A stretch of DNA of 64,000 bases from Roseateles sp. (GCF_036486225.1 NZ_DASVNZ010000136.1:11124-75123); one strand, 5' to 3'. Shown: positions 50,989 to 62,769, counted from the stretch's first letter. Numbers and translations: made by a program. The notes: a model not told the origin generated them from the sequence alone.

Positions 50989-51837
50989 ATGATTTCTCCT
51001 TCGATCTGGCAAACCACGCGCTTCGACCTCGATCTGGCGGAGCGCCCCCTGGTGATGGGCGTCGTCAATGTGACGCCCGACTCCTTCTCGGACGGTGGCC
51101 ACCACGCTGACGCGCTGAGTGCGATCAATTTCTGCGAGCGCTTGCTTGGCGAGGGGGTCGACATCCTCGATCTCGGCGGTGAATCGACCCGCCCAGGTGC
51201 GCCGCGCCTGGATGTCGATGAGGAGTGGCGACGGCTGGAACCCGTCCTGCGTGCCGCGCTGAACTTCGGGGTGCCGGTGTCGGTCGATACCTGCAAGACC
51301 GAGGTGATGCGCCGTGCGCTGGATCTGGGCGTCGACATCATCAACGACGTGCAGGCCCTGCGCGACGAGGGCGCCGACACGCTGCTGGCCGAGCACGGCA
51401 GCGCCGGCATCTGTCTGATGCACATGCGCGGCCAGCCTGCGGGGATGCAGCAGCTGACCGACTACGGCGACGTCGTCGTCGAGGTCGCCGACTTCCTGCG
51501 TGAGCGCCTGCGCCACCTGGTCGAGATCGGCGTGGCGGCTGAGCGGATCACGCTCGACCCGGGTTACGGCTTTGCGAAGACGGTCGAACAGAACCTCGAG
51601 TTGCAACGGCGCCAGCGTGAGCTGCTCGCGCTGGGGCGACCGCTGCTGATCGGCTGGTCGCGCAAGTCGACACTGGGTGCCATCACCGGCAAGGCGGTCG
51701 ATGAACGCATGCCGGCCAGCGTTGGTGCGGCGTTGGCGGCGGTGACGCTGGGCGCCCGTGTGGTGCGGGTGCACGACGTCGGTGCGACCGTCGATGCGCT
51801 CAAGGTCTGGCAGGCGTTCGGCGCGCCGCAAGCCTGA
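50989..51837 (+). CDS. folP: dihydropteroate synthase
   Basis: 282 aa. [27 protein letters not shown] and DPGYGFAKT motifs. Confidence 0.93.
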   Translation: MISPSIWQTTRFDLDLAERPLVMGVVNVTPDSFSDGGHHADALSAINFCERLLGEGVDILDLGGESTRPGAPRLDVDEEWRRLEPVLRAALNFGVPVSVDTCKTEVMRRALDLGVDIINDVQALRDEGADTLLAEHGSAGICLMHMRGQPAGMQQLTDYGDVVVEVADFLRERLRHLVEIGVAAERITLDPGYGFAKTVEQNLELQRRQRELLALGRPLLIGWSRKSTLGAITGKAVDERMPASVGAALAAVTLGARVVRVHDVGATVDALKVWQAFGAPQA

Positions 51838-51943
51838 TACTCGAGCCCCCGATCGAGGGCCCCAAGGCGGGCGATCAGCGACCATCTCGGCTTCGGCGAC
51901 AATCCGCGGATTCAAGATCGTGAAGTCGCAGGAGATCGCCTCA

Positions 51944-53281
51944 ATGAGCCGGAAGTATTTCGGAACCGACGGAATTCGCGGAACCGTGGGCCGCACCCCC
52001 ATCACCCCAGATTTCATGTTGCGACTGGGTCATGCGGTGGGTCGCGTGCTCAAGCGCAGCTACGCCAAGCCCAGCGTGCTGATCGGCAAGGACACCCGCA
52101 TCTCCGGCTACATGCTGGAGTCCGCGCTGGAGGCCGGCTTCGCGTCCGCCGGGGTCAACGTGCTGCTGACCGGCCCGCTGCCGACCCCCGGCGTCGCCTA
52201 CCTCACCCGTGCGCTGCGCCAGCACCTGGGTGTGGTGATCTCGGCGTCGCACAACCCGTTCGCCGACAACGGCATCAAGTTCTTCTCGTCCAAGGGCGAG
52301 AAGCTGCCGGACGCCTGGGAGCTGGACGTCGAGGCCGTGCTGGATGAACCCCCGGTCTGGGTCGACTCGGCCAGCCTGGGTCGTGCCCGCCGCCTGGACG
52401 ACGCGCAGGGGCGCTACATCGAGTTCTGCAAGGCCAGCTTCAGCACCGATCTCAGCCTGCGCGGCATGAAGCTCGTCATCGACGCGGCGAATGGTGCGGG
52501 CTATCAGGTGGCGCCGTCCGTGTTCCATGAACTGGGCGCCGAGATCATCACCATCGGCAACAAGCCGGACGGCTACAACATCAATGACAAGGTGGGTGCC
52601 ACGGCGCCGCAGGCCCTGGTGGCCGCAGTCAAGGAGCATCAGGCCGACTACGGCATCGCGCTGGACGGCGATGCCGACCGGCTGCAAATGGTGGACGCTG
52701 ACGGGCGCCTCTACAACGGAGACGAACTGCTCTACGTCATGGTGGCCGACCGCCTGGCGCGCGGTGAGCGCGTCCCGGGTGCCGTCGGCACGCTGATGAC
52801 GAACATGGCGGTCGAACTGGCGCTGCGTCAGCGGGATGTCGAGTTCGTCCGCGCCAAGGTTGGCGACCGCTACGTGCTGGAAGAACTGGCCGCCCGCGGC
52901 TGGCAGTTGGGCGGGGAGAGCTCCGGTCATCTGCTGTCGCTGGACCGTCACACCACCGGCGACGGCATCGTCAGCAGCCTGCTGGTGCTGGAAGCGGTCT
53001 GCCGGAGCGGCCGCCGCCTGGCGGATCTGCTCGACGGCGTCACGCTGTTCCCGCAGACCCTGATCAATGTCCGCCTGCAGGCAGACCACCAGGACTGGAA
53101 GAGCAATCCGGCGCTCGCCCGGGTCGAAGCCGAGGTCATGTCCGAACTGGGCGACCGGGGCCGGGTGCTGATCCGCAAGTCGGGCACTGAACCGCTGCTG
53201 CGCGTCATGGTCGAGGCCAGCGATGCCGACCTGGCGCGTCGCTGCGCCGAGCGTCTGGCGGACGCCATCCGCGGCGGCTGA
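51944..53281 (+). CDS. glmM: phosphoglucosamine mutase
   Basis: Trimmed to [13 protein letters not shown].. at 51944. SASHNP active-site motif and DGDADR. 445 aa. Confidence 0.95.
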   Translation: MSRKYFGTDGIRGTVGRTPITPDFMLRLGHAVGRVLKRSYAKPSVLIGKDTRISGYMLESALEAGFASAGVNVLLTGPLPTPGVAYLTRALRQHLGVVISASHNPFADNGIKFFSSKGEKLPDAWELDVEAVLDEPPVWVDSASLGRARRLDDAQGRYIEFCKASFSTDLSLRGMKLVIDAANGAGYQVAPSVFHELGAEIITIGNKPDGYNINDKVGATAPQALVAAVKEHQADYGIALDGDADRLQMVDADGRLYNGDELLYVMVADRLARGERVPGAVGTLMTNMAVELALRQRDVEFVRAKVGDRYVLEELAARGWQLGGESSGHLLSLDRHTTGDGIVSSLLVLEAVCRSGRRLADLLDGVTLFPQTLINVRLQADHQDWKSNPALARVEAEVMSELGDRGRVLIRKSGTEPLLRVMVEASDADLARRCAERLADAIRGG

Positions 53282-53305
53282 CCGCCCCATCCCCCCGAAA
53301 AAGAA

Positions 53306-53340
53306 GGGCCGCCGACGCGCAAGCGTCCGCGGCCCGATTT
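53306..53340 (+). terminator. rho-independent terminator after glmM
   Basis: GGGCCGCCGACGC-GCAA-GCGTCCGCGGCCC (one internal mismatch) followed by GATTTGCATT. Confidence 0.6.
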
Positions 53341-53517
53341 GCATTGGTCGGGTCGCGTCTGGCGCGACTCTTCGGGGTATTTCTTCGTTTCCGGTAGGCT
53401 AGGGACCGAAGATGACAGCGAGGTGAATCGAATATGACAATGGTCGACGGATACCTCGCCAGGCCCCATTTCTCCTCTGGGCGCTCTACGTAACGACATT
53501 TTTCCGGTTCCCGGGTC

Positions 53518-53548
53518 GCGTCACGGATGTGTCACATTGAGGTCATAG
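53518..53548 (+). promoter_or_regulatory. Pho box: three direct 7-mers at 11-bp phasing
   Basis: GCGTCAC (53518), GTGTCAC (53529) and AGGTCAT (53540), each 11 nt apart, 44 nt upstream of the pstS ATG. The E. coli consensus is CTGTCAT direct repeats with 11-bp periodicity. Confidence 0.65.
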
Positions 53549-53589
53549 CATCCGCTCCGTTCGCCAACCAACCCAAGCGATAGGACTGA

Positions 53590-54630
53590 ATGATCATGAA
53601 TCAACTGCGTGCTGGCCTGCTGTTCGCCGCGTGCGCCGCGATGTTCTCCGCGGCCCATGCTCAAGAGGTGACCGGTGCGGGTGCTTCGTTCCCGGCTCCC
53701 GTGTACGCCAAGTGGGCTGACGCCTACAACAAGGCCACCGGTGTCCGCATCAACTATCAGTCGGTCGGTTCCGGCGCCGGCATCAAGCAGATCCAGGCCA
53801 AGACCGTCGACTTCGGCGCTTCCGACGCCCCCCTGAAGGACGACCAACTGGCCAAGGACGGCCTGGTCCAGTTCCCGACCGTGATCGGCGGCGTCGTGCC
53901 CGTGATCAACGTCAAGGGCATCAACCCCGGCCAGCTGAAGCTGGACGGCAAGGTCCTGGCCGACATCTACCTGGGCAAGGTCACCAAGTGGAACGACCCC
54001 GCCATCGCCGCCCTGAACTCGGGCGTGGCGCTGCCGGACGCCGCCATCGCCGTGGTCCGCCGCGCCGACGGTTCGGGCACCAGCTTCCTGTTCACGAACT
54101 ACCTGTCCAAGGTCAACGCCGAGTGGAAGGACAAGGTCGGTGAAGGCACGGCCGTGAACTGGCCGACCGGCGCGGGCGGCAAGGGCAACGAAGGCGTGTC
54201 GGCCTTCGTGACGCGTCTGCCGAACTCGATCGGCTACGTCGAATACGCCTACGCCAAGCAGAACAAGATGACCTACGTGCTGATGAAGAACGCCAGCGGC
54301 GCCTTCGTCAGCCCGAGCGACGACGCCTTCAAGGCCGCCGCCGCCGGTGCCAAGTGGGAACAGTCGTTCTACCAGGTGCTGACCGAGCAGGCCGGCAAGG
54401 ACAGCTGGCCCATCACCGGCGCCACCTTCATCCTGCTGCACGTCGCCCAGGACAAGCCGGCCCAGGCCGCCGCGACCCTGAAGTTCTTCGACTGGGCTTA
54501 CGCCCAGGGCGACAAGATGGCCGACGACCTGGACTACGTGCCGCTGCCGGCCGCCGTCAAGGACCTGGTCCGCAAGCAATGGACGAACAACGTCAAGGAC
54601 ACCGCGGGCAAGGCGGTCAGCTTCAAGTGA
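53590..54630 (+). CDS. pstS: phosphate ABC transporter substrate-binding protein
   Basis: 346 aa. Signal peptide ..[19 protein letters not shown] and [12 protein letters not shown] motifs. Confidence 0.95.
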   Translation: MIMNQLRAGLLFAACAAMFSAAHAQEVTGAGASFPAPVYAKWADAYNKATGVRINYQSVGSGAGIKQIQAKTVDFGASDAPLKDDQLAKDGLVQFPTVIGGVVPVINVKGINPGQLKLDGKVLADIYLGKVTKWNDPAIAALNSGVALPDAAIAVVRRADGSGTSFLFTNYLSKVNAEWKDKVGEGTAVNWPTGAGGKGNEGVSAFVTRLPNSIGYVEYAYAKQNKMTYVLMKNASGAFVSPSDDAFKAAAAGAKWEQSFYQVLTEQAGKDSWPITGATFILLHVAQDKPAQAAATLKFFDWAYAQGDKMADDLDYVPLPAAVKDLVRKQWTNNVKDTAGKAVSFK

Positions 54631-54790
54631 TCGAGGTCTGACGAAGACGGCCCGGTGCTCTCCTCGAGGGCACCGGGCTTTCGCACAGGACCTCAAGAAG
54701 ATCTCGACAGAGACGTCGTGACGGACGCGTCGGACCGGCCGGAGGAGGCGGGCGGCGCGCCGGGATTCCAAACACTCCAGCGGAGGCCCC

Positions 54791-55813
54791 GTGGCCGCAA
54801 TACTTCCAGCCAATTCCATTGACCGAGAGCGCGGCGAGGAGCGCGTCAAGCCCGGTGGCAGCCCGACGCCGAGACGCCGTGTCGCGCCGTGGGCCGACGC
54901 GGTGTTCTCGCTGCTGACGCATGGCGCGGCCTGGCTGACGCTGGCGCTGCTGGCCGGCATCATCGGCTCGCTGCTCATCGGCGCGGCCCCCGCGATCAAG
55001 CAGTTCGGCCTGAACTTCCTGATCACCGCGGAATGGGATCCGACCAAGGAGCAGTTCGGCGGCCTGGTGATGATCTACGGCACGCTGATGACCTCGTTCA
55101 TCGCGCTGCTGATCGCGGTGCCGGTGAGCTTCGGCATCGCGCTGTTCCTGACCGAACTCTCGCCGGGCTGGCTGCGCCGCCCGCTGGGCATCGCCATCGA
55201 GCTGCTGGCCGCGGTCCCGTCCATCGTCTACGGCATGTGGGGCCTGCTCGTGTTCGGCCCCATCCTGGCCACCTACGTGCAGCAACCGCTGCAGTCGCTG
55301 TTCGGCGGCATCCCCTACCTGGGCGCGCTGGTGTCCGGCCCGCCGGTGGGCATCGGCATCCTGTCGGCCGGCATCATCCTGGCCATCATGATCATCCCGT
55401 TCATCGCCTCGGTGATGCGTGACGTGTTCTCGGTCACGCCCGCGATGCTCAAGGAATCCGCCTACGGCCTGGGCTCCACGACCTGGGAAGTGGTCTGGAA
55501 GGTCGTCCTGCCGTACACCAAGACCGGCGTCGTCGGCGGCATCATGCTGGGACTGGGCCGCGCGCTCGGCGAGACCATGGCCGTCACCTTCGTGATCGGC
55601 AACATGAACCAGCTGAACTCGCTGTCGGTGTTCGAAGCCGCCAACAGCATCACCTCGGCGCTGGCCAACGAGTTCGCCGAAGCCGGCGCAGGCCTGCACC
55701 AGGCCTCGCTGATCTACCTGGGCCTGGTCCTGTTCTTCATCACCTTCGTGGTGCTGGCGTTCTCCAAGGTCCTGCTCAACAAGCTGAAGAAGAACGAAGG
55801 AGCCCGCACATGA
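54791..55813 (+). CDS. pstC: phosphate ABC transporter permease PstC
   Basis: 340 aa, GTG start. Polytopic, with EAA-type loop ..[20 protein letters not shown]. Confidence 0.9.
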   Translation: MAAILPANSIDRERGEERVKPGGSPTPRRRVAPWADAVFSLLTHGAAWLTLALLAGIIGSLLIGAAPAIKQFGLNFLITAEWDPTKEQFGGLVMIYGTLMTSFIALLIAVPVSFGIALFLTELSPGWLRRPLGIAIELLAAVPSIVYGMWGLLVFGPILATYVQQPLQSLFGGIPYLGALVSGPPVGIGILSAGIILAIMIIPFIASVMRDVFSVTPAMLKESAYGLGSTTWEVVWKVVLPYTKTGVVGGIMLGLGRALGETMAVTFVIGNMNQLNSLSVFEAANSITSALANEFAEAGAGLHQASLIYLGLVLFFITFVVLAFSKVLLNKLKKNEGART

Positions 55814-56670
55814 GCGCCACCGACGCCAAGCGCCTGGCGATGTACAAGAAGCGCCGGCGCGTCAACACGATCGCGCTGTCCCTCTCGCTGGCCGCGATGG
55901 CCTTCGGGCTGGTCTGGCTGATCTGGATCCTGCTGGAAACCTTGATCCAGGGCATCGGCGGGCTGACCATCGCGACCTTCACGCAGATGACGCCCGCGCC
56001 GATGTCCGAGGACGGCGGCCTGGCCAACGCGATCTACGGCTCGCTGGTGATGGTGGGCCTGGCGACCTGCATCGGCACGCCGATCGGCGTGCTGGCCGGT
56101 GTGTACCTGGCCGAGTACGGCCAGAAGACCTGGCTCGGCGCCGTGGTGCGCTTCATCAACGACATCCTGCTGTCGGCACCGTCCATCGTCGTGGGCCTGT
56201 TCATCTACACGGTCGTCGTGACGCGGATGAAGTCGTTCTCGGCGATCGCCGGCGTCCTGGCGCTGGCCTTGATCGTGATCCCGGTGGTGATCCGCACGAC
56301 CGAGAACATGCTGAGCCTGATCCCCAACGCGCTGCGCGAAGCCGCCTACGCGCTGGGCACGCCGAAGTGGAAGGTCATCATGACGGTGACGCTGAAGTCG
56401 GCCCGCGCCGGCGTGCTCACCGGCGTCCTGCTGGCCCTGGCCCGCATCTCCGGGGAAACCGCGCCGTTGCTGTTCACTGCGCTGTCCAACCAGTTCTGGA
56501 CCAGCTCGCTCGGCAGTCCGATGGCGAGCCTGCCGGTGACCATCTTCAAGTTCGCGATGAGCCCCTACGAGAACTGGCAGAAACTCGCCTGGGCGGGTGT
56601 CTTCATCATCACGATCGGCGTGCTGGTGCTGAACATCCTGGCGCGTGTGCTGTTCAAGGAAAAGCATTGA
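55810..56670 (+). CDS. pstA: phosphate ABC transporter permease PstA
   Basis: 286 aa. The start overlaps the pstC stop. [20 protein letters not shown] loop. Confidence 0.9.
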   Translation: MSATDAKRLAMYKKRRRVNTIALSLSLAAMAFGLVWLIWILLETLIQGIGGLTIATFTQMTPAPMSEDGGLANAIYGSLVMVGLATCIGTPIGVLAGVYLAEYGQKTWLGAVVRFINDILLSAPSIVVGLFIYTVVVTRMKSFSAIAGVLALALIVIPVVIRTTENMLSLIPNALREAAYALGTPKWKVIMTVTLKSARAGVLTGVLLALARISGETAPLLFTALSNQFWTSSLGSPMASLPVTIFKFAMSPYENWQKLAWAGVFIITIGVLVLNILARVLFKEKH

Positions 56671-56743
56671 CCGGTTGAGCCGCGCCGGGGCCCGATGGCC
56701 GCGGCGACTCACGATCCACGAATCCAACGAATCGAGAAACAAC

Positions 56744-57529
56744 ATGGACGTCAAAGTCGACATGCCGGTGACCGAGAAGGCGAAGCTCTCGGTGAAGAAC
56801 CTGAACTTCTACTACGGCAGCTTCCACGCGCTGAAGAACATCAACCTGGACATTCCCGAGAACAAGGTGACCGCCTTCATCGGCCCGTCGGGTTGCGGCA
56901 AGTCCACGCTGCTGCGCACGCTGAACCGCATGTTCCAGCTGTATCCGGAGCAACGCGCCGAAGGCCAGATCCTGCTGGACGGCGAGGACATCCTCACCAG
57001 CAAGGAAGACGTCTCGCTGATCCGCGCCAAGGTCGGCATGGTGTTCCAGAAGCCGACACCGTTCCCGATGTCGATCTACGACAACATCGCTTTCGGCGTG
57101 CGTCTGTTCGAGACGCTGTCGCGCGTCGAGATGGACGAGCGCGTCGAATGGGCGCTGAAGAAGGCCGCGCTGTGGAACGAGGTCAAGGACAAGCTCAACC
57201 AGAGCGGTTCGGGCCTGTCGGGCGGCCAGCAGCAGCGCCTGTGCATCGCGCGCGGCATCGCGATCAAGCCGGAAGTCCTGCTGCTGGACGAACCGTGCTC
57301 GGCGCTGGACCCGATCTCGACCGGCAAGATCGAGGAACTCATCCACGAGCTCAAGCACGACTACACCGTCGCGATCGTGACCCACAACATGCAGCAGGCG
57401 GCGCGCTGCTCCGACTACACCGCCTACATGTACCTGGGCGACCTGATCGAATTCGGACCGACCGCGGAGCTCTTCATGAAGCCCAAGCGCAAGGACACCG
57501 AGGACTACATCACCGGACGCTTCGGCTGA
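56744..57529 (+). CDS. pstB: phosphate ABC transporter ATP-binding protein
   Basis: Trimmed to MDVKVDMPV.. at 56744. Walker [18 protein letters not shown] and LLLDEP. Confidence 0.95.
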   Translation: MDVKVDMPVTEKAKLSVKNLNFYYGSFHALKNINLDIPENKVTAFIGPSGCGKSTLLRTLNRMFQLYPEQRAEGQILLDGEDILTSKEDVSLIRAKVGMVFQKPTPFPMSIYDNIAFGVRLFETLSRVEMDERVEWALKKAALWNEVKDKLNQSGSGLSGGQQQRLCIARGIAIKPEVLLLDEPCSALDPISTGKIEELIHELKHDYTVAIVTHNMQQAARCSDYTAYMYLGDLIEFGPTAELFMKPKRKDTEDYITGRFG

Positions 57530-57548
57530 TCAACAGGGAGAGAACACC

Positions 57549-58256
57549 ATGACCGACAAGCATCTGTCTACCCAATTCGACGCCGAGCTGAGCGGCATCT
57601 CCACGCGCGTCCTCGAGATGGGCGGCCTGGTCGAATCCCAGGTGGCGCAGGCCGTCGAGGCGCTGGGCAGCTTCAGCGGCGACATCGCCAGCCACGTGCT
57701 CAAGCAGGAAGAGATCGTCAACACGATGGAGATCGAGATCGATCGCGACCTGTCGACGATCATCGCCCGCCGTCAGCCGACCGCGCGAGACCTGCGCTTG
57801 CTGATCGCCGTGTCCAAGACGATCGCCAACCTCGAGCGCGTCGGCGACGAAGCCGCCCGCATCGCCCGCACCGTGCAGCGCCTGATCAACACCGGCGTGT
57901 CGAGCCGGCTGCGCCTGCCGATGTCGGACCTGTCGTACGAAGCCGAGCTGGCCACGGCGCAACTGCGCAAGGCGCTGGACGCGTTCGCGCGCCTGGACGT
58001 GGACCGCGCGCTGGAAGTGCTGAAGGCCGACGACCAGATCGACAAGGAATTCGACGGCCTGATGCGCAAGCTCATCACCTACATGATGGAAGACCCGCGC
58101 ACCATCTCGTCGTCGATCGACCTCGTGTTCGTCGCCAAGGCGATCGAACGCGTCGGCGATCACGCCAAGAACCTGGCCGAAGTCATCATCTACGTGGTCA
58201 AGGGCACCGACGTCCGCCACAACTCGCCGGACGCCGTCGAGAACATGGTGCGCTGA
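57549..58256 (+). CDS. phoU: phosphate signalling complex protein PhoU
   Basis: 235 aa. Duplicated PhoU repeats with LERVGDEAARIA and IERVGDHAKNLA. Confidence 0.93.
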   Translation: MTDKHLSTQFDAELSGISTRVLEMGGLVESQVAQAVEALGSFSGDIASHVLKQEEIVNTMEIEIDRDLSTIIARRQPTARDLRLLIAVSKTIANLERVGDEAARIARTVQRLINTGVSSRLRLPMSDLSYEAELATAQLRKALDAFARLDVDRALEVLKADDQIDKEFDGLMRKLITYMMEDPRTISSSIDLVFVAKAIERVGDHAKNLAEVIIYVVKGTDVRHNSPDAVENMVR

Positions 58257-58333
58257 GCACCGACAAGCGATCACCCGTCCGGCCCGCCCGCCACGGGCGT
58301 CCCGGCGGGACCCAATAAGAGGAGTTACCCCGC

Positions 58334-59035
58334 ATGAGTCGCATCCTGGTCGTCGAGGACGAATCCGCCATCGCCGAGCTGATCTCCATCAACCTGCGTC
58401 ACGCCGGTTACGAGGTCACGCTGGCCGGCAACGCCGAGCAGGCGCAGCTGGAAGTGGATCGCGTGCTGCCTGATCTGGTCGTGCTCGACTGGATGTTGCC
58501 GGGTCAGACCGGCCTGGCGCTGGCGCGTCAGTGGCGCGGTGCCGCGCGTACCCGCGAGCTGCCCATCATCCTGCTGACCGCGCGCGCCGAAGAGGTCGAC
58601 AAGGTGTCCGGACTGGACGCCGGCGCGGACGACTACCTGACCAAGCCGTTCTCGACCAACGAGCTGCTGGCGCGCATCCGCGCGGTGCTGCGCCGCAAGG
58701 CGCCCGAGGCGCTGGACACGGCCGTCGAGGTCGGCGGCCTGGTGCTCGATCCGGGCACGCGTCGTGTCAGCCGCGAGGGTGTGGAGGTCAAGCTCGGCCC
58801 GACCGAGTTCCGCCTGCTGCACTTCTTCATGACGCATCCGGAACGCGTGCACAGCCGCTCGCAACTGCTGGACCGCGTCTGGGGCGACCACGTGTTCATC
58901 GAGGAACGCACCGTCGACGTCCACGTCAAGCGCCTGCGCGAAGCGCTCGAAAAGGTCAGTTGCGCGCGCATGATCGAGACGGTCCGTGGCGCCGGCTACC
59001 GGCTGACCCAGCAGAGCAGCGCCCTGTCGGCCTGA
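58334..59035 (+). CDS. phoB: phosphate regulon response regulator PhoB
   Basis: 233 aa. REC domain (ILVVEDE, DLVVLDWMLPG), then an OmpR-type winged helix (TVDVHVKRLR, VRGAGYRL). Confidence 0.93.
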   Translation: MSRILVVEDESAIAELISINLRHAGYEVTLAGNAEQAQLEVDRVLPDLVVLDWMLPGQTGLALARQWRGAARTRELPIILLTARAEEVDKVSGLDAGADDYLTKPFSTNELLARIRAVLRRKAPEALDTAVEVGGLVLDPGTRRVSREGVEVKLGPTEFRLLHFFMTHPERVHSRSQLLDRVWGDHVFIEERTVDVHVKRLREALEKVSCARMIETVRGAGYRLTQQSSALSA

Positions 59036-59045
59036 GGACGCATCC

Positions 59046-60425
59046 ATGGCATGGATGTTGTCTCGCGTCCTGATGCTGGTGCTGGGCACCGGCGTCGCGG
59101 GCGGCTTGGGGTACTGGCTGGGTGAGTGGACGGGGATGCCGCATCTGGCCGCGGCGTTGGCGGCCGCGGCGGCGGTCATCCTGATGGCCGTCTGGGACGC
59201 GGCTCGGGCCCACCGGCTCGTGACCTGGCTGCGCGGTGAGCAGAACGACGATGCGCCCCGCGTCGGCGGCCTGTGGGGCGAGATGGCCTACCGCGTCGAG
59301 CGCGGTCTGCGCGACCGCGAACGCCGCTACGAGCGCGAACGCCAGCAGCTGGAGCAGTTCCTGCTCGCGATCGAAGCCTCGCCCAACGGTGTGATCCTGC
59401 TCGACGGGCAGGACCACATCCAATGGTGCAACGTGGTCGCGGGCGATCATTTCTCGCTGGATCCGCAGCGCGACAAGCTGCAGCGCATCACCAACCTGGT
59501 CCGGTATCCGGCCTTCGTCTCCTATCTGCAGAACGGCAACTTCCAGCAGCCGCTGACGCTGACCAATACCCGCGCGAAATCGACGCTGCAGGTGCTGGTG
59601 CGCGACTACGGCGTCGGCGGGGAGTCGCGCAAGCTGGTGCTGTCGCTGGATGTGACCGACCGCGAGCGCAACGAGGCGATGCGGCGCGACTTCGTCGCCA
59701 ACGTCTCGCACGAGATCCGCACGCCGCTGACGGTGCTGGCAGGTTTCATCGAGACGATGGCCAGCCTGCAGCTGACCGAGGCCGAGCGCAAGCGGGTGCT
59801 GCATCTGATGCAGCAGCAGACGACACGCATGCAGACCCTGGTCGGGGACCTGCTGACGCTGGCGCAGCTCGAAGGCAGCCCGCGCCCGGGCGCGGATCAC
59901 TGGATCTCGCTGGATCCGCTGCTGCAACGCATCGGCGCGGACGCGCAGGCCTTGTCGAACGGGCGGCATGAGCTCGTCTGCGAACGTCATACCGGCGTCG
60001 AACTCGCCGGTGTCGAGACGGAGATCCTCAGCTCGATCGCCAACCTGGTGAGCAATGCGGTGCGCTATACCCCGGAAGGCGGGCGCATCGAGCTCCAATG
60101 GCGCTGGCTGCCGGACAACGGCGGCGAGATCTCGGTGATCGACAACGGGCCGGGCATCGCGCGCGAACACCTGCCGCGACTCACCGAACGCTTCTACCGC
60201 GTCGACGGCAGCCGCTCACGCGACACCGGCGGGACGGGGCTGGGACTGTCCATCGTCAAACACGTCGTGCAACGTCACGGCGGTGAGCTTCGCATCGAGA
60301 GCGAACCCGGGAAGGGCTCCAGGTTCAAGCTGCTGTTCCCCGCAGCACGCGTGCGTCTGGTCGATGCGACGGCAATGGGCGATGAAGCCGCCCCAGCCTT
60401 GCTGGCAGGGCGCGAAGAGCTCTGA
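59046..60425 (+). CDS. phoR: phosphate regulon sensor histidine kinase PhoR
   Basis: 459 aa. TM anchor, PAS, H-box FVANVSHEIRTPLT, N/G boxes (NLVSNAVRYTP, DNGPGI, GGTGLGLSIVKH). Confidence 0.92.
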   Translation: MAWMLSRVLMLVLGTGVAGGLGYWLGEWTGMPHLAAALAAAAAVILMAVWDAARAHRLVTWLRGEQNDDAPRVGGLWGEMAYRVERGLRDRERRYERERQQLEQFLLAIEASPNGVILLDGQDHIQWCNVVAGDHFSLDPQRDKLQRITNLVRYPAFVSYLQNGNFQQPLTLTNTRAKSTLQVLVRDYGVGGESRKLVLSLDVTDRERNEAMRRDFVANVSHEIRTPLTVLAGFIETMASLQLTEAERKRVLHLMQQQTTRMQTLVGDLLTLAQLEGSPRPGADHWISLDPLLQRIGADAQALSNGRHELVCERHTGVELAGVETEILSSIANLVSNAVRYTPEGGRIELQWRWLPDNGGEISVIDNGPGIAREHLPRLTERFYRVDGSRSRDTGGTGLGLSIVKHVVQRHGGELRIESEPGKGSRFKLLFPAARVRLVDATAMGDEAAPALLAGREEL

Positions 60426-60451
60426 GGCTTGCTTTGTTGGTCGCACTCGAA

Positions 60452-60485
60452 AGAATGGCTCCGGTAAGGAGCCATTCTGCTTTCC
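60452..60485 (+). terminator. terminator hairpin between phoR and the convergent membrane-protein gene
   Basis: AGAATGGCTCC-GGTAA-GGAGCCATTCT followed by GCTTTCC. Confidence 0.65.
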
Positions 60486-60629
60486 GAGGGTGCTGTCGTT
60501 CGGGAGGTCGGCGCGCTTGGCCGCGGATGCATGGGGCCTTGCCGGCAAGCGGCAAAACCCCAAGCATCCCCGTCCCTGAAAGACCCAGGACTTCCCCGGT
60601 CTGGGGCCGAGGACTTTGCTGGTCTCGGA

Positions 60630-62279
60630 TCAGCGATCCTTCTGCATCACCAGGTAGGTGCCGGAACGGTCCGTCGGACGTCGGACTACGCCCAGTACGC
60701 GCCAGCCGCTCGGGGGCGTCGGGGTGCTCTCGGCCTGCACCGTGATCGCAACGGGGCAGGTCGTGCTGCTCAGTTCCTTCGTCGCGTCGACCTTCCAGTG
60801 GCCTTGGAATTCGAAGGCCGCCAAGGCATGCATCGGCAGGCCCGGTGTGGCGATGCAGTCGACATTCGCCGGCAGGTGCGCGGCGATGCGGTCGATCAGC
60901 GGCATGTTGCTGCGCGCGTAGTTCAACGTGTGCAGGCCCAGCGTCATCGCCAGCAGCCAGGCCAGCGCCACGCCGCCGGCCGGCAGTGCGAGGCTCTTCC
61001 AGAGCGCATGGCGGTGGCGCGCGGTGCGCCAACGCACCAGCCACAGCCAGGCCAGCGTGCCCAGCACAGCCGCGACGAAGGTCAGCAGGCTGAATTGCGG
61101 CTCGTAGCCTTGCGCCAGCTTGCGGACATTGGCCAGCAGCTTCGCGGGCCAGCCGATCTGCATGGCCATGTAGTACAGCCACAGGAAGATCGCGCCGACG
61201 GTGAAGAAGAAGACCGAGAACCAGTCGAGCAGGGCGCTCGCGCTGCGCTGGAACGTCGGCAACGCGAAGCTCGCCAGCACCGCCAACGGCGGCAGCGCGA
61301 GCAGCATGGCGCGATCGTCGGCCCCCATCAGCAGGCTGGTCAGCAAGGGCACCAGCGAGGCCAGCAACGGCACCGACAGGTGCCGGCGCATCAGGTGCGA
61401 GCGCCAGCGCCACAGCGACCAGGCAGCCAGCGGCCAGGCCGGCCAGCAGAACCAGCCCAGCAGCCGCAACCAGTCGAGGACGCTGCGCTCGCTGGCCTTC
61501 ACGCGCCAGGCCCAACCATGCATGGGCCAGGCCACCAGGGCGGCCAGTGCCATCGCGGCCAGGATCCAGGGCAGGAACTTGCGGGCGTCCTCGTAGGTCG
61601 AGCGGAAGCAGAGCCAGAGCGCGCCAACGGCCAGCGCCAGCGCGACGGCAGGCGCGCCGCTGGTGGCGAGCACCGGCAGTGCCACCAGCATCGCCGTGCG
61701 GGCCTTCCAGGCGCGGAACGGCAGCGCAGCGAGGCTGTAGACGAACAGCGTGATGCCGAGCAGCTGGAGGATCTCCGGCGTGATCTCATGCCCCAGGCGC
61801 AGCAGTCCCAGGCTGGCGATCAGCGCGAGCAGGCAGCCGTCCGCCATGGCGCGGGCGTAGTCGACCGCGTGGGCCTCGCCGCCGAAGGCGAAGGCGACCG
61901 GCTGGGCGGCCTCGGTGCGCGCCAGGTGCAGGCAGCTGTACCAGGCCAGTGCCAGCACCGCGGCCAGCATCAGCCCGAACGGGATCCGCGCCGCGACGGA
62001 CGGGTCGAGGAAGGGGAGCAGCTTGACGCCGAGCGCGCCGACCCAGTACGGCAGCAGGCCGCCCTCCGCGGGCAGGCCCGCAATGGCGGGCTGCAGCCAC
62101 GGCGCATGGCCCTGCGCGATGCTGGCGATGAAGCCGAAGGCGGTGAGGTCGGCATTGCGCCACGGGTCACGGCCGAACAGGCCGGGCAGCACGTAGGCAG
62201 CGCACAGCAGCAGCAGGGCCCAGCGCGGGATCGGGTGCGTGCTTCGCTCGGCCACGACGGCCGGGGTGGGCAGATTCAT
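60630..62279 (-). CDS. polytopic membrane protein, ArnT/PMT (GT39/GT83)-like glycosyltransferase (tentative)
   Basis: 549 aa. More than 10 hydrophobic segments followed by a soluble C-terminal domain of about 100 aa. N-terminal GLFGRDPWRNADLTAFG loop resembles the lipid-linked sugar transferase architecture. Family call is by architecture only. Confidence 0.5.
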   Translation of the reverse strand: MNLPTPAVVAERSTHPIPRWALLLLCAAYVLPGLFGRDPWRNADLTAFGFIASIAQGHAPWLQPAIAGLPAEGGLLPYWVGALGVKLLPFLDPSVAARIPFGLMLAAVLALAWYSCLHLARTEAAQPVAFAFGGEAHAVDYARAMADGCLLALIASLGLLRLGHEITPEILQLLGITLFVYSLAALPFRAWKARTAMLVALPVLATSGAPAVALALAVGALWLCFRSTYEDARKFLPWILAAMALAALVAWPMHGWAWRVKASERSVLDWLRLLGWFCWPAWPLAAWSLWRWRSHLMRRHLSVPLLASLVPLLTSLLMGADDRAMLLALPPLAVLASFALPTFQRSASALLDWFSVFFFTVGAIFLWLYYMAMQIGWPAKLLANVRKLAQGYEPQFSLLTFVAAVLGTLAWLWLVRWRTARHRHALWKSLALPAGGVALAWLLAMTLGLHTLNYARSNMPLIDRIAAHLPANVDCIATPGLPMHALAAFEFQGHWKVDATKELSSTTCPVAITVQAESTPTPPSGWRVLGVVRRPTDRSGTYLVMQKDR

Positions 62280-62433
62280 GCGCGTCTGTCTCGTTGTCGT
62301 TGTGGGTGCCGGTGCGCATCATGCCGCAGCTTCGGCGGGCTCAGGACGAGACTCCTGACAGGGCACGGTAAAGGGGGACGAAGGCGCGGCGCAAAGGCGG
62401 AGCGCTCGCGAAGGCAGCACCGGACGAGCCATG

Positions 62434-62460
62434 AAAAAAGGCAGCCGAGGTGGCTGCCTT
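62434..62460 (-). terminator. rho-independent terminator after rpmE2
   Basis: Minus-strand GGCAGCC-ACCTC-GGCTGCC followed by TTTTTTC. Confidence 0.75.
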
Positions 62461-62499
62461 CTTGCGGTGACCGGATCAGGTCCGGTCGGGGAGGGCTGC

Positions 62500-62769
62500 T
62501 CAGGCCTTGGCGCCGGGGCGCAGGTTCGCAAACTTGTTGCGGAACTTCTCGACACGACCGCCCAGGCTGTCGATGCTCTTTTGCGTGCCCGTGTAGAACG
62601 GGTGCGATTCGCTGGAGGTTTCCAGCTTGACCAGCGGCAGTTCGCGGCCGTCGTCCAGCTTGATCGTTTCCTTCGTCTGCACCGTCGAACGGATCACGAA
62701 CTGGGAACCATTGGACTGGTCAACGAAGACCACGTCGCGATAGTTGGGGTGAATGCCTTCTTTGGCCAT
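62500..62769 (-). CDS. rpmE2: 50S ribosomal protein L31, Cys-less type B
   Basis: Trimmed to [15 protein letters not shown].. at 62769. 89 aa. HPFYTG motif. The protein contains no cysteine. Confidence 0.9.
   Translation of the reverse strand: MAKEGIHPNYRDVVFVDQSNGSQFVIRSTVQTKETIKLDDGRELPLVKLETSSESHPFYTGTQKSIDSLGGRVEKFRNKFANLRPGAKA

Noticed and set aside
47518-52017. 1499-aa minus-strand ORF spanning yhbY to glmM
   Set aside because: Only its last 159 codons (47518..47997) are real and encode YhbY. The rest runs antisense to rlmE, ftsH and folP and across intergenic terminators.
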